From Cyanophora paradoxa CCMP329 (taxonomy: Eukaryota; Plantae; Glaucophyta): 64,000 nucleotides of DNA. Within the stretch, counting starts at the first letter, position 1. Each line of letters begins with the position of its first letter. Position numbers and translations under genes: made by a program. The DNA lies in contig QPMI01000101.1 in the NCBI GenBank assembly GCA_004431415.1, positions 62,001 to 126,000 of the forward strand. The letters run 5' to 3'. Of the stretch, positions 21,116 through 35,019 are shown in pieces. The notes under the pieces were generated by a model, which saw only the letters and a program-made list of their open reading frames with translations, was not told where the DNA came from and made no database searches.

Positions 21116-24100
21116 ATGGCAGGATCTCTCCCATCAAGGCGCCTCCGCCTCCGCCCGCGCCGCCAGTCGGAGGCCTCGTTCACTCGTTGTCGGCGCCGGC
21201 GGTGGGCCCCGTGCCGTCGGGGAGGCGCAACTCCATCACCAGCAGCATCGGCACACCCGGCCGCTCCGGAGACAGCTCTCTCGGGGGCGGCTCGCAGGGC
21301 GGCTCGCTGCGGCGCTTCCGGCTGCCCGAGCAGGCGGCGGCGCGGCGGGCGCTGGCGAAGGGGGCGACGCTGCCCGGGGTGCCGCTGCAGCAGCCGCAGT
21401 CGCTGACGTCGATGGACGAGGACGGCGGCTCCTCGTCGTACACGTCGGGGAACAGCACGCCGCACGGCGCCGCGCCCGGGCCCGGCGGCGTGCGCTTCGA
21501 CGGGCTGCAGAAGCCCAAGGCGCTGCCGGCGCTGCGCGTGACCAGTGACTCGCACTCGGGCTCGACGCTCTCGCCGAGCTCGACCGCCGCGGCGCTCTCC
21601 ACGCGGCGCAAGTCCTCCTCCTCGCGGCGCATGTCGGTGGCGGGGGACCCGAGCAAGCCGCTGAGCACGCGGCGGCGCAAGTCGATGGCGCGGCGCTCCG
21701 TCGAGGGCCCGGCGCAGCAGGACGAGGGCGAGGCGGGGCCGAGCTGGGACGAGGACCTCCCCTACTACGAGCTCCACCTCGCGAGCGCGGCCCCCGCCTG
21801 GCAGCACCAGCTCGCCTCCGACCGCCGCACCGTCCGCGTCTACCTATGCGCCCCCTTCCGTCCGCCTTGCCCCCCCGCTCGCGCCGCGCTGCGCGCTCGC
21901 CGACGACGGGGGCCGGCGCAGCGGGGATGGGGGCGGAGCGTGCGGCGGTGCTGGGGCGGTGCGTGCCGCGGCTGCGGGCGGAGCTGGAGGCGCGGCGGCT
22001 GCACCTCTCGGTGGTCGACCTGCGCTGGGCCTCGCCGAGGAGGCCGCCGCCGGGACGACGCGCTGCGACTCGCCCTGCGCCACGCCCGCGCCGCCACCTT
22101 CTTCGTCGCCCTCCTCCGCCGCGGCGCCGCCGACGGCGCCGGCGCGGGCGGCGGCCCTCTGCGGCGGCGGTGGAGCGGGCGGCGGGGAGGTGCCCGAGGT
22201 GCGGGAGTGGGCGGAGGCCGACGCCACGGAGCTCGAGATCGAGCTGCGCGCGGGGCTCCTCTCCCACCCGGACCCCCACGCGCGCCCCTCCCCCGCCTCG
22301 CCCCCTCGCTCCCCCCGCCCCGCCCGATGCGCGCCGCCGCAGCGCGCGGACGCGAGCCGCGTCTACTTCCTCGCCGGCGAGGAGGAGGAGGAGGCGGCGG
22401 GGCCGGCGGGGCGGGGCTGGGGCGGATGGGCGGTGGCGCCGGGCCCGGCGCCGGGGGCGCTGGAGGCGGAGGTGCGGGAGGGGCGGGGAGGGGGTGCGGG
22501 AGGTGGCGGGGGCCTCGCCGGCGGCCCTCGCGGAGGCCCTCCTCGAGGACCTGCTCGCCCTCGTCGACGAGGAGTACCCCGGCGGCTGGAACCCGCAGGG
22601 CGGCCCGAGGTGCGAGGGGCCCCCGAGCCCGGCCGGCGTCCCCGCCGGGCGCCTCGAGCGGGGCGGCAGGTGCACGGGATGCGGGCGTGCACGCGGCGTA
22701 CGCGGCGGCGCGGCGGCGCCTCTTCGCGCGCGCCCGGGCGACTTCGTGCCCTCGCCGAGTACGCCCAGGCCTCCGGCCCGAGCTCCTCCTCGTCTCCGGG
22801 CCCCCGGCTCCGGCAAGGGCGGTGCGCGCGCCCCCGCCCCCAGCGCGCGGCCGGCGGGCGGCTGAGCGGCTCCTGGGCAGCGCTGCTGGCGGCGTGGGGC
22901 GCGTGGTGGGCGCAGCGCTGCCCGGGGGACCTCCTGATCGCGCACTTCGTCGCCGTCACGCGCCACACACGCCGCGTCGGGCCCCTCTTCGAGTCCGCCC
23001 CGCCCGTCAACCTCCTCCTTTCTCGCCCCGGCGCCGAGCGCGCGCGCAGGCACGTCGCGGGGGAGATCCGCGCCCGCTTCCCCTCCGTCGGCGAGTTCAA
23101 CATGGGCGGCCGCGAGCAGGCGAGCCGGCCCCGCCCCCGCCCGGCGCCGCTGGGGCGCCTCTGACGGTGGCGGGGCCAGCTGCTGATCGACCGGTTCGGG
23201 ACGTGGCTCTCGACGGCGGCGGCCTCGGTGGGGGCGCGGCTGCTGCTGGTGGTGGACGGGGTGGACCGCCTCGCCGACGACGCCGCCGCCCAGGCCCTCG
23301 CCTGGGTCCCCGCCGCCTCCCCCCACCTCCGCATCCTCCTCTCCTGCCGCCCCGCCTCCCGCGCCCACGCCGCCGCCTCCGCCCGGCCCCACCTCGCCGT
23401 CGGCGTCGCCCCGCCGACGCGGCGCGGCGGGCGCGGATCGCGGAGGCGGAGCTGCGGGCGGCGGGGCGGGCCTCCCGGCGGGGCGCTGGAGCGGCTGCTG
23501 GAGGCGCCGCAGTGCGGGAGCCCGCTCTTCCTCCAGCTCGCCCTCGCCGAGCTCACTGCCGCCGCCCCCGCCGCCCTCCCCGCCGCCCTCGAGCGCTGCC
23601 TCGCCTCCCCGGACCCCGCCGCCCTCTACGCGGCGGCGGTGGGGCGCTGGGCGGGGAGTGCGGGGAGACGCTGGTGCGCTCGGCGCTGTGCGCGCTGGCG
23701 TGCTCGCGGGCCGGCCTCTCCGAGCACGAGCTCCAGCGCCTCCTCGGCTTCCACGGGCCGCCCGCCCCGCCCCCGCCCACCCGCCCCCGCGGGGAGCGCC
23801 TCGGGGCCGACGCCGCCCCGACGCCCCTCCTCTGGGCCTCCTTCGTCGCCCACGCCGGCGCCGCGCTCATCGAGTCCAGTGCGCCCCCCGCCCCCCGCCC
23901 CGCGGCGCTCGTCCGACGCCGGCGCGCGCGCGCGCGCGCGCGCTGGCAGACGGGTACATAACGCTGGCGCACCGCTCGCTGGGCGAGGCCGTCGAGTCAA
24001 TGTACCTCTTCCCCGTCCGCGGGGGACCCGCCTCCGGCCCCGCCTTGGAGGCCGGGGAGGCGGGGGGCGGGGAAGAGGGGGAGGCGGGGGGCGGGGAGGA

Positions 24101-25775
24101 GGGGGAGGCGCCGGGGCAGGAGGAGGAGGGAGCCGGGCAGAGGGTGGACGAGGAGCGGCGGTGGCACAGCATCCTGGGGGTCTTCTTCGCGGGGCTGCCG
24201 CCCTCGGACCGGCGGGCGGAGGAGGCGCCCTGGCAGCTCGCGCAGGCCCGCGACGGCGAGCGCCTTGTCTCCCTCCTCTCCGAGGCGCCCCCGCCCTCCC
24301 CCTCCCCACCGTCGGCTCCTCTGAGGGGGCGGGGGGCGCAGCTGGACATGCTGCGGCGGCTCCCGAAGGAGACGCTGATCCGGCTCTGGGTGGAGACGAA
24401 CCGGGCGACAGAAGCGTCGCGGCGGTACCGGGCGGCGGCGGAGGCGTGCGCGGCGCGGGGGGAGCAGGAGCCGGCGCGGCTGGCGACGGACCTGCAGGAG
24501 GCCGGCGTGCTGCTGCGCCTTATGGGCCACCTCGACAACGCCATGCCCTTCATCCGCGACGCCATCAAGGTCCCCCGCCGCGGCCCCGCCCGCCGCCGCG
24601 CGGTCCGCGGCTGATGGAGCGGGGACGGGGCCCAGATCTGGGAGAAGACGCACGGGAGCACGGACGTGCGGCTGGCGCGGGCGATGGAGGAGCTGGCGAA
24701 CCTGCACCAGGACCGGAACGAGGCCGGGGAGGCGCTGCTGCTGCGGGAGCGGGCCATCGCGGTGTACGAGGCGGCGCTGGGGCGGCACCACCCCGACGTC
24801 GCCAACTCCCTCAACGACCTCGCCCTCATGTACCTCAACCGCGAGAAGTGGGCCGAGGCGGAGCCCCTCCTGCTCCGCGTCCTCGCCATCTTCGAGTCCA
24901 TCCACGGGCCCTCCCACCCCAAGGCCCGCCCCCGCCCCGCCCCGGCCCCCAAGCCGAAGACCTCTTCCTTCCCTCCCTCCTTTCTCTCGGGCGCCTCACT
25001 CTTTCCCCCCTCTCTCCTTTGCTCGCGAAGGTCGCCCTCGTCCTCAACTCCCTCGGCACCCTCTACAAGGCCCGCGCCCCCCCCCCCCTCCCCCCCTCTC
25101 CGCTGACCCCGGGGGCGCAGGCGCAGGCGAAGTACGCGAAGGCGGAGACGTTCTTCAAGCGCTCGCTGGCGATGCGGGAGGCGGCGCTCGGCAAGGCCTC
25201 CATCGAGGTCGCCAACTCCCTCGGCAACCTGGCCCGCCCGCGAGATCCCCTCCCACCGCCTCCCAGCGAGGCCCAGGGCCCGCCTGACCCCCCGCCCCCA
25301 GGCGGCCCTCTACAACTGGCAGGGCAAGTACAGCTCCGCCGAGGCGTTCTACAAGGCCCGCCCGCCCGCCCCCCGCCCGGCCGCCCGGGCCCGCCGGCCC
25401 GCCTGCGGGGTCTGATGCTGGGCGCAGCGCTCGCTGGCGATCCGGGAGGAGGCGCTGGGGGCGGAGCACGCGGACGTGGCGCACGTGCTGCACGTGCTCG
25501 GCATCTTCATGCTGGAGCGGGGCCGGCACGCGGAGGGGACGGCGTACCTCGAGCGCGCGCTGCGCATGCGGGAGGCGGCGGTGGGGCCGAAGGGGAGCCT
25601 GGACACGTACAACGCGGCGATCCGGCTGGCGAAGGCGTACGAGAAGTGCGGGCGGCGGGAGGAGGCGCTGGAGCTGCGCCACCGCCACTGGGCCCTCATG
25701 CGCGAGCGCCTCTTCAAGGACGTCGCCGCCACCGTCGAGGCCCGCGAGCGCAGGGTCTTCTTCACCGTCCGCTGA
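21116..25775 (+). CDS. DUF4062-like + NACHT/P-loop + TPR protein (nephrocystin-3-like architecture), multi-exon
   Basis: RTVRVYLCAPF...ERAAVL...VVDLRW; Walker A VSGPPGSGK; Walker B LLLVVDGVDRL; kinesin-light-chain-type TPRs (HPDVANSLNDLALMY). Start uncertain. Confidence 0.85.
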
Positions 25776-26413
25776 CCCTCCCCACCCCGGCCCCCCGGCT
25801 CGCCCCGGGGCCGCCTTAAGCTTATTGTTGCAGCCTATTTTGCAGTCGCTTATTGTTGCATTTTGACTGGCAGTGTTCGCCGTGGCACGGTCCAACGATC
25901 GGGCTCAGTCGCCTATAAGTAGGCAAATCGAAATCAAAAGTCTAATCCCGTCCAAACTTCGAGATCTGAGATCTAGCTATAGATCTGGAGGTCTACATAT
26001 AGCTAGCTAGCGCTATAGTGTCCGAGGCCCTGAATTCGAAAAACAAGACTCCGAGGATCATGAATGACCTTCAGAGAATTTGACCTCGAGCGTCACTGCA
26101 TGAGTCACTGCGATTATCCGATGATCAATTACTAAGTTACTAAGTTATCTGCAGTTCCAGCTCGAGCGAGTATCGGGCGCGGGTGCACGTGGGGGCCCAG
26201 GGATCCCGGAGGGGGCTGCAGATGCAGCTGCAGCTAGCGCTGTTCGGAACTGTTGGACCTTTGCAGTTGCTATGAATTCGAATTCGTACATTTATGACGC
26301 TGTTGTTGAATTTTCGAACGTTGGGATTCGAATAGCCAAGTATACGTATACGCACATTTACGCGACTGGTTCAACTTGCAATTGGCAAGAATTCCTTCTG
26401 ATATTGATGGTAT

Positions 26414-26483
26414 CTCTAGCTCTGGCTCTTCTTCGTGTCAGTTATCCTCTAGCTCTGGCTCTTCTTCGTGTCAGTTATCCTCT
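26414..26483. repeat. 33-bp tandem duplication
   Basis: CTCTAGCTCTGGCTCTTCTTCGTGTCAGTTATC occurs twice. Confidence 0.9.
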
Positions 26484-27032
26484 GTCCCTAGATCTGCTCG
26501 ATTTATCGTCTCTTCTCGCAATCGATCTGTCTCGAGCTCTGTGTCTTTCCTTTTTTATTGTCGATTTTGGCTCTTTGTCTTATCTTTCTTCGTGCTCTTG
26601 TCTTAGTTATTTTGCTATTTTGTCTCTATAGCTATGCCCCCTGGGCAGCCCCCGCAGTGCTGGTGTCTAGAGACTGTGGCCGGTAATTCACCAAAAAAAA
26701 AAATTGGCAAGATATCGATCAAAATCTAGATTTTCGCATCATGTCATTCCCTACGATTCCTACTACAGCGCCTGGGTCCTATGTACAACGAAGTGATCTG
26801 CACGATCGCAGCGCCAGTGTCCAGAGACTACGGACCCTACAGCTAGCTATATAGCTTCAGAAGGCAAAGCGATGAAAGGAGCTGTGCACTACCGAAGAAC
26901 CAAGCAAAGAACATTAATGCCCACCAAGCAAAGAACCAAGATCATGAAGCTGTACATACATATGCATGGCGCTCGATCGCGAGCCCTAGACGGCGCCTCG
27001 TAAGCAGCGAGCACCACACTACTAATCGCGGG

Positions 27033-28111
27033 CTACTCGTGGTGGGGGTGCTTGCAGGGAAAGGATCCCGTGTGGCGCGTCCCGCGGAAGAAGGCGGAGG
27101 CGCCGGTGCGGGAGAAGGCGACGGCGCCGGCGGCGTGCAGCAGCACGAACGCCGCGAGGCCCGCCAGGGGCACCACGAGCGGGAGCACACCCCGCTGCGC
27201 CAGGCGCACCTGCCGCCGACTCGTCAGGATACGACGACGCAAGATTTGATCCGGGGCGCGCGCACCAGAGCGAAGAAGCCCCAGCAGCATGCGACGACGT
27301 ACGTGCGGAGCCAGGGATGGTCCACCACGCCGCCGCGCTCCCGCCTGCGTCGGCACCCGGCGCGGCGGTGAGGTGGCGCTCTGCAGCGCCGGGGCGCGCG
27401 GGCGGGCGAGTCGGGCGGCGCGGGCGCGCACGAGGGCGTCGCGAAGAGGCCCACGACCGTAGCTGCCTTGACGGCCGTGCCCGTCACGATGAGCTCGATC
27501 ACCGACGGCGGCAAGACGCAGATTCGAAAGAGGTACGATGTGCACAACGTGGCGAGAATTCCGCTCGAGTAGTAGAAGGGGATTCCGATAAACACCTGCG
27601 CGCGCTCTCAAAGATGAGCGCGTCCCTCGGCACCCGGCCGGAGGCGGACGGCCACGTTTGCGGCTCACCGCCGGCACTACGAAGAAGACGAGTGCGAGCG
27701 AGACGCTCTGTGTGAGTGCGTCGCGGAAAGATGTTCCAGTGTGCGACAGAACCGCTCCAAGAAGTGCGACGACGATGGGGAATCCGATCTGGATAGCGTT
27801 CTTGTTCGATATCCTGCCGGCGAGCGTGAGATGCGGATGCTGCGTCCGTGCGCCCGCGCTCACCGGTCAGGCTCCTCTGTTGGGCTGAAAATGTGCGACA
27901 CTTGCTCTTGCACCTCCAGGCGCGAGGGGCGCACCTCAGCACTGGCTGCCGCGGCGTCCAGGCTGTGCTTCCGATCCGGCCGCGGCTGTGACGCGCCCGT
28001 CATGGAACCGCGCGCGGGAGCCGATGCGATGTGGATGCACACCTTGAGCTTGTCGTGCTTCGGTGAGTGGTGCTCCTCCCGAATCGCGTGGGCTGGGACA
28101 AAGCTCGCCAT
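27033..28111 (-). CDS. Uncharacterised multi-pass membrane protein, multi-exon (start 28111 or 28003)
   Basis: Hydrophobic exons IGFPIVVALLGAVL, VSLALVFFVVPA, VFIGIPFYYSSGILATL and VLPLVVPLAGLAAFVLL. Confidence 0.65.
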
Positions 28112-28158
28112 TCGACTTGTAAGGTTTGCGAGTTGGAGCTGTACCCGGGCAGTGCAAA

Positions 28159-31100
28159 ATGAACCCGTTCGTGATGCCGCCGCGGCGGGAGGCCGCCGCC
28201 CGGCCGCAGGCGAGCGAGGGAGATGCTCGGCCTCCTCCGGCGCTGCCGGCCTCGAATTTCCTCTCCTCCTCCTCGATGTTCGGATCGCGTACATTCGCGG
28301 CCCTCAAGGCCGCTCAGCAGCAGCCGACAGGCTCGGAAGCGGCACCATTGATCTCCGGCGAGGCGACAAACGACTTTCTGCGCTCCCGGGGCCAGGGCTC
28401 GGCGGCGAACGCTTTGGCGAATCCTGGGCCGGCGCCCGCGGGCGGCCCCCAAGCCGCAGAGGGCGGATCGGGAGCGCAAAGCTTGTGCGTCGGAGCTATT
28501 TTCATGCATTTCCGATTTCCTGAACTCACTGGATCGCAGCGCGAAGTTCGCGATGCCGGCTCGCGGGTCTGGATCAAATTTCTCCTTCGCATCGACCTCG
28601 GTCAGCCCGGGCGCTCCTGGTTCGTCCCCGTCATCAGGCCTGCTTTCGCTCGGCCCTCGCCACTTCCTTGTGCCATAGAATTTGAATTGACCGGGTGCAC
28701 ATTTACGCAGGGGCCCTGGAGCCTGCCGCTGCGCAAGCCGCGCAGCCTCTCAGCTTTCGCTTCGACTTCTCGAACCTGAACCGTGATTCGAGCTCGAAAC
28801 CGGCGGCCCCAGCTGGTTTCCCGTCGAACGCACCTTCAGGCATGGCTGCTGTAAGCAATGTTTCTCGCTGACCACTCGAATTCGGATCCGAATTCTGTGC
28901 ACAATCCGATGCGGGTGGCAGATTGCGAGCTCAGGATCTGGGCGGGAGGCGGAGGCGGGCGTCCGCGTTCAGGCGTCGGCTGCAGCTTCGGGAGGCTTCG
29001 CGAGCGCAGCTTTGGGAGCAGCTGGCTCCACGACATTCGTTCGGTCTCCGGATTCGAATTCCTTGCAGTCAGCCGCAGCTGCAGCCGCCGCAGCGCCGGA
29101 GGTACCGGCCGCGAAATCTGCTGTCGCCATGAACACCGCCTCGCGCTTTGCGATGCCGGCTTTCGATCCAGCTTCGAGACCAGGCGCAAACCAGAAGGCG
29201 CAGCCTTCCGATCTCGCAGGCACTTCAACAGCTGCTCCCACCACCCTCCCGATCGCGACTGCCGGAGCAAAGTCGTCGCCGGTTTTCTCGGCGCCCCCGA
29301 AGGCAGCTCCAGGCCTTCTTGGAGCCCGTGAGAGCCTCGTCGTTGCTGTCGAGGGCTCCACTCCGCCTCAGCCGGCTGCGCCGGCTGCCCGCGTCCCCTT
29401 CGCGCCGAAGAACGTCCAGCAGCTGCCCGCTTGTGTCGCTGCTCCCTCCCTGGGCCCGCCAGCCAAGAAACCTGCCCTGGCAGCCCCGCGCCTGTCTGGG
29501 GCCGCCTCGCCTGTGCTCCTCCCTCCGGGATCGGGCCTCAGGTCCGCATTTGGATTCAGATTTCCTCCGGATCCTCAGATAATCATTCCTCATCTCGCCC
29601 TCGTCTTCGATTTTTCGCAGGTCTGGCCATGGCCCCGCTCTGAGCATCCCGGCCCCCGCCAGCGCCGCGTCGGGCGGCTTCGCGACCGGCGGCCTGCTTG
29701 GCAAGCGTCCAGCGCCTCAGCTGCCCGCCCCCCCGCGTCCCGCAGTCGCGATCGGCCCCCGCCCTCTGCCCGGCCATGGCCAGCCGCCGCCGCCGCCGCC
29801 GCCGCCGCAGCTGCTGCAATCGCAGATGCGAGGCCTTAATCAGCCCGGGAGCGGCCTAGCAGTTTCGTCGGCTGCCGTTACAGGCTCCGACATCGAGTCC
29901 GCGGAGGCGGATATCGATGCACCCGCCGCGTGCGCGCTGACCAGTGGTCGGCCCTTCAGTCCCGCCGCGGGCGGCAGGAGCCCGGCGCAGGCCCCCCCCG
30001 GCCCCGCCCTCCTGGGTCGGCCGCCGGCCGCCGCCATCTCGCAGCACGTTCTCGTGCAAAGGTCAGTGAGATCCGCTTTCTCGAATTGTATTGCAAATTT
30101 CGCGCGGTTCTGTCCGATCCGACGATCGTGGCTTGTTTTCGCAGGCCGGCGGGCGGGCATACGCATGCGCAGCTGCAGTTTAGCCCACCCTCTGATATCG
30201 ACATGGCTTCGAATTCGGGCGGCTCGCGATCGCCGGAGAACTGCACCGCTTCTGAGGTGACCGAGACCCGGCGCTGAGATCTAGAATTTGAATAAGAATT
30301 CCGAATTCAGCGTCGACGGCGCGCGCCCTGCCTCATGATCACTTGACTTAAAGATGCAGGCTGCGGCCGGCGCCGGTGGCCGCTCTAGATCTGCCACGGG
30401 ATCCACGGCTGCGGCTGCCTACGGGGCCCCCCCCGGTACCGGTTTGCTGAACCCGAGCGCGGGCCCGGCGGCGGCCGCGCCGGCGGGCGCCGGGGAGCTG
30501 CAAGCCGGGGCCGGGGCCGGTGCCGGGGCGGCGGTCTCGCTGTCGGAGGCGGAGGCGGAGGGGATCATCCGGGGGGGCGGGGGCCACGAGGGGCGCGAGG
30601 AGCGCGCGCGCACCGCCGAGGACGCCCTCCGCGCCCTCGCCCTCGCCTGCGACGACCAGCTCCGCAAGCTCCGCGAGCTCCACCGTGCGACCCGCCCCGC
30701 TCCCCTCTCTTCAGCCAGCGCTCGCCTCCAATTCGCTGCCTTCAATTTGCCCACGTGCACCCTCCTGGCCTCGTCCCCGCAGTGCGCGCTGTCCTCATGA
30801 ACAACGAAGGTGCGCGATCGATTCTGTCTTAAGCTTCATTATTAATAGTGTAATTAATTATAATGCTTGTTCATACAATATTCATTTCTGACGCTCTGGG
30901 GCGGGGCCTGGGCGCGCGCAGTGCTGATGATGAACGACCCGACGGAGCTGGACCGGATCCAGGAGACCCTGGAGCGCGTCCTCCGCGCGGGAAGCACGCC
31001 GGCCCCGGCCCCGGCGTCCCCTGCCGGCGGCACAGCCGGGGCCGCCGGCCGCGCGACGGTGGTGGGCGAGGGCGAGGGCGCACCCTCCCCGACCGCGAAG

Positions 31101-31247
31101 CCGCGGGGCACGGCCCTGGGCTCCGCAGGGGCTCACGCCGACGTCGACCCGATGATCATGACCTTGGATGGCGACGAGAAGGCGGCGGCGCAGGCGGCGG
31201 AGCCCGAGGCGGAGCTGGAGCCGATGGTCATCGTGGAGGCCGCGTAG
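28159..31247 (+). CDS. Low-complexity Ala/Pro-rich protein with a short coiled coil; model uncertain, may be two genes
   Basis: Coding-like exons MNPFVMPPRR..., NTASRFAMPAF..., EERARTAEDALRALALACDDQLRKLRELH|LLMMNDPTELDRIQETLERVL. Confidence 0.45.
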
Positions 31248-31915
31248 ACTAGTTCTGCAGCTAGCGCTGCCGCACCGTGGACATACCGCCCCGCGCCCGC
31301 CCCGCGCGCGCCCAGCGCCGGGCCCGAACGTTTAACCGAACTGCGCCCAAGAGCGCGCCTGTATATATACGATGATTGAATTCGAATGTGAATCCGAACC
31401 TAGCCCGTGTCGCGATCGGCCCGCCCACCCGCCCAAGGGCTCAGCCGCGCGCCCGCCCAGCTGCAGCCACGCGCGCGCGCGCGCGCGGGGCCCGCGCGCG
31501 CCGCGCGGGGGTGCACGTGCACGTACGCCTGGGCGCGCGCGGGCGCTTGCCGCCGCCATTCAAGAGATGCCACTGCGAGCTGCAGCTTTTCGAAGCTGCG
31601 CATGCCGGGCGCCGGCGCCGGCTGTGGTTTGACCACATCGATATCTGGTGAACTCAACATGTACACGGGTTCCAATCCGCCCTGGCACGTAAATTCCTCG
31701 CATGCGGGGCTTCGAGCTCCTAATGCGCGATCAACGCTGTTTAAGATAACAGTCATAGTGCTGTGCTGGAGGTACTGGCAGAGTGCGGTGGGCGGAAATC
31801 GAGCCTTGCAATTGCAGCGCATCAGCACTGAGCTTCCAGGCTCGCGCGAGTTGCGAGACAGCGGAGCGTCCGTTGCGGGCCGCGGATCGTGTCCGCCTTC
31901 ATCGAACGCCTCGGA

Positions 31916-33979
31916 ATGGCGGACGAGGCCGCGCTCCTTCGGGCGCTCGAGACCGGCGATGTCGACCTGCTCGCCCAGCTGCTGTCCGGCAACAGCGTGC
32001 AGGACCCGCCGACGACTGCCAGCACTGAATCAGCTAAACCCGACTTGCCCGTGCCCGTCGGCAACGGCGGCGGGAAGCGCGACAAGCCCGCGCGTCCCTC
32101 GCCGGCGCCTGCAGCTTCCCCGGCGGCCGCGGCGGACGATCAGGCGCACCTGAACGTCGCAGCGAAACCTTTCGTCCCCTCTACCTTCGCATTCAGCGCG
32201 GCGGCGCCGGCGTTCGTTCCGCGGGGGGCCCCGGAGCCGGCGGCGGCCTCGCCGGCCCTCGCGCAGCTCCAGGAGATGTTCCCGGCGGCGGGGGCGGAGT
32301 CGCTGGAGGCGGCGCTGGAGGCGGCGCGGGGGGACCTCTCGGAGGCGGTGGCGGGGGTGCTGGCCTCGGAGGGGGCGGAGGTGGAGGCGCAGTTCGAGGA
32401 GACGGACGCGTTGTACGGGGAGTGGTCGGCGGAGCACGCCGGCGAGCTCTTCGTGGACGAGGCCGGCCGCCCCGTCGACCCCGCCGCCGTCCGCTACGAC
32501 GAGCAGGGGCAGCCCTACGTCCTCGAGTACCTCCCCCTCGACGGCCCCTTCTCCGCGGCCGGCGCACCCGGCCCGCGCTTCACCGAGGAGGAGTTCCCGA
32601 GCCTGGGGGGCCCCGGGGGGGCGGCGGCCCCCAGGGAGCCCCACGCGCCGCCCGCGCAGCAGCAGCAGGAGGGCGGGCGGCCGTCGGCGCTCGTGGCGAA
32701 GCTCCGGCTGCAGAAGCTGCGGGAGCAGGTCCCGTGGGTGAGCCCCGAGGCCGTCGCCGGCGCCTTCGACGAGCACCGCTGCTCCTTCGTCGCCGCCCGC
32801 TCCGCCCTCCTCGCCCACTTCCCCAAGGTCCCGCCCCCCCACTCGCTCCCGCAGGAGGCGCCTCCGGTTCGCCGGCTGACCGAGGGGGCCCGCGCCGCAG
32901 CCGCCGGACTGGGACAAGCGGCACGCGGCGGCGGCGCAGGGGCCGCGGCCCGGGGCGTCGTCGCCGGGGAGCGGGGGGCCGGCGTCGCGCTCGTCGGGGG
33001 TGCCGCGGAGGTGGGTGGCGACGGGCGACTCGGTGGCCTCGATGTACAGCGACCTGAGGGAGGAGGCCCGCCGCTGCGCCCTCATGCGCAACCAGGCCCG
33101 CCCCCGCCCCCTCCCCCGCCCCCCTCCTCCTCCTCCGCCTTCCCCTCCTCCTCTGAGGCGCCCGCCCGGCCGCCCCCAGTGCTTCATGAACGCGACGAAG
33201 GCGTTCCTCAGCGGGAACAAGGCCCTCGCCAAGGACCTCGGGCACCAGGTACCCCCGGGCCCAGCACTCCCCTCCCCGTCGAGCTTGAACAATACCGTGT
33301 ACCCCCATCCGACTTGTTCGCAACTCCTTTCGCGCGCAGGGCCGCCAGTGGAACGCGAAGATGAAGGTACAGTACCCCCTCAACCCCGCTTTAACCCCCC
33401 TTCCCTTCCCCGTGCGTATCCCCACTCGCAGGATCTGCACGAACGCGCCGCAGCGGACATCTTTGCCCTGCGGAACGCGGGGCGAGTCCCTCCCTGATAT
33501 CCTCGTACCCCCTGGTCTCACGTTGTACCCCTCACAGCTCGAGCGACATGCTGGATCTCCACGGCCTCCACGTGAAGGCGCGGCGCGTCCCGTACCCCCT
33601 CCTCCTCTCTCACGCGTACCCCCAGGAGGCCCTGTCGGTTCTGGAGGACGCGCTCGAGGACTGGAGGAGCCGCGGCGGGGGCACCTTCCAGGCCCGCTCC
33701 CGTACCCCCCGGCCGATCCGCGCGCTCTGTACCGCTGACGGGCTGGCAGGTGATTACGGGGAGCGGGCACCACTCGAGCAGCGTGCAGCGGCTGCGGCCT
33801 GCGGTCGAGCGGTTCCTCCAGGGCACCAGAGGGGTACGCTACACCCAGCTCCCGGACAAGGCGCGCCCTTCCACACCCAACCAATCCCCCCCCCCCCCCC
33901 GGGCCCATCTTCCGCGGAACCCTGACCCCCAGCCCAGAATCGGCACGTGGGCATGCTGGAGATCCATGTGTCGAGCTAG
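31916..33979 (+). CDS. PAM2-CUE-DUF1771-Smr domain protein (CID7/Cue2-like)
   Basis: PAM2 motifs LNVAAKPFVP and FSAAAPAFVP; CUE LQEMFP...LEAARGDLSEAV; DUF1771 WVATGDSVASMYSDLREEARR; Smr LDLHGLHVKEA...VITGSGHHS...RLRPAVERFL. Confidence 0.9.
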
Positions 33980-34167
33980 GGCAGATCATGGGACGGATCG
34001 ACCTGGATCCGCGGCGGGCCGGCGCTGCGGTCTTCGGAATTCATAGTAGCATTCTGCAGCGCCGCTCAGCACTTGAGCTGGCGTCTGCTTCACGCGAGCC
34101 TGCCGACTTCCTACCTAGTGTAAGCCTTGCCTGTGCAACTGCATGCGAATCTAAACGGCCCTTGCCG

Positions 34168-35019
34168 TCACTTCTTCCCCTTCTTCCCTTTGCCCTTCTT
34201 CTTCTCCTTCTTGGGCGGTGGCCCTGCATCCGACGCGGAGCTGGTCAGCGGGACCACGGGGACTTCGGCCGTCGAATCGATATCTATGCGTACGCATGCG
34301 CCCGCGCACCGCCGATCTTGTCCAGCTCTTGCTGCAGGTAGGTTTGTAGATAGCTGGGCAGCTGCTCTTTGAACTCCTGCGCACGAGCGCCACCGCGGCC
34401 GAGCGGAACGGTCCGCAGTGAGCCGGCGGTCGAACAGGGACCGGCGGAGCGCGGGCGATGGGCGCACCTCTATCGCCTGGTCCTCGTTGCCCGCCGACTC
34501 GGTGACGACCTTGCCTGGAGTCACCAGCGGCGGCAGGTCCGAGAACATACCTGGCGGCCGGCGTGGGATCGACTGCAGATGAACGAGAGGCCCGCGGCCA
34601 ACCTTTTGCCTTCGGGTGCAAGTCTTCCATGGCTGGCTTTGGGTCTCGGCCGTGGAGGTCGCTTAGCTAAGAATGGAGTTACTGAGCAGAGGGGCAGCTG
34701 TGCAGTGATTGAGGTTGGATGTCTTCGATTTCGTTTACGATTTGGGGTTAACGTTGGACGGGAAGCTAGCTCAAGGCCAAGCTCAGGGATACAGGTGAGT
34801 CTTGAGTCTGAGAGAGATCGTATGATGGTGCTCTTAGCTATGGCCGCTGGCTCTGCTTTGGGCCACAAAAGCTAGCTCCGTAGCAGCTCCGCACTACTCG
34901 CGCGGGGGGTACAGCTCGGAACTCTCCAAACATTTGATCTGCTCGAGCTCGCGCGCTAGCGGAGCCTATAGCTAGCTTTCGTGTTTCAATTGCAAAGTTT
35001 GATGCGTTGATTTGTACAT
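34168..35019 (-). CDS. Hypothetical spliced protein with Lys-rich C-terminus
   Basis: Exon-like EFKEQLPSYLQTYLQQELDK and terminal PPPKKEKKKGKGKKGKK; 5' structure uncertain. Confidence 0.4.
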
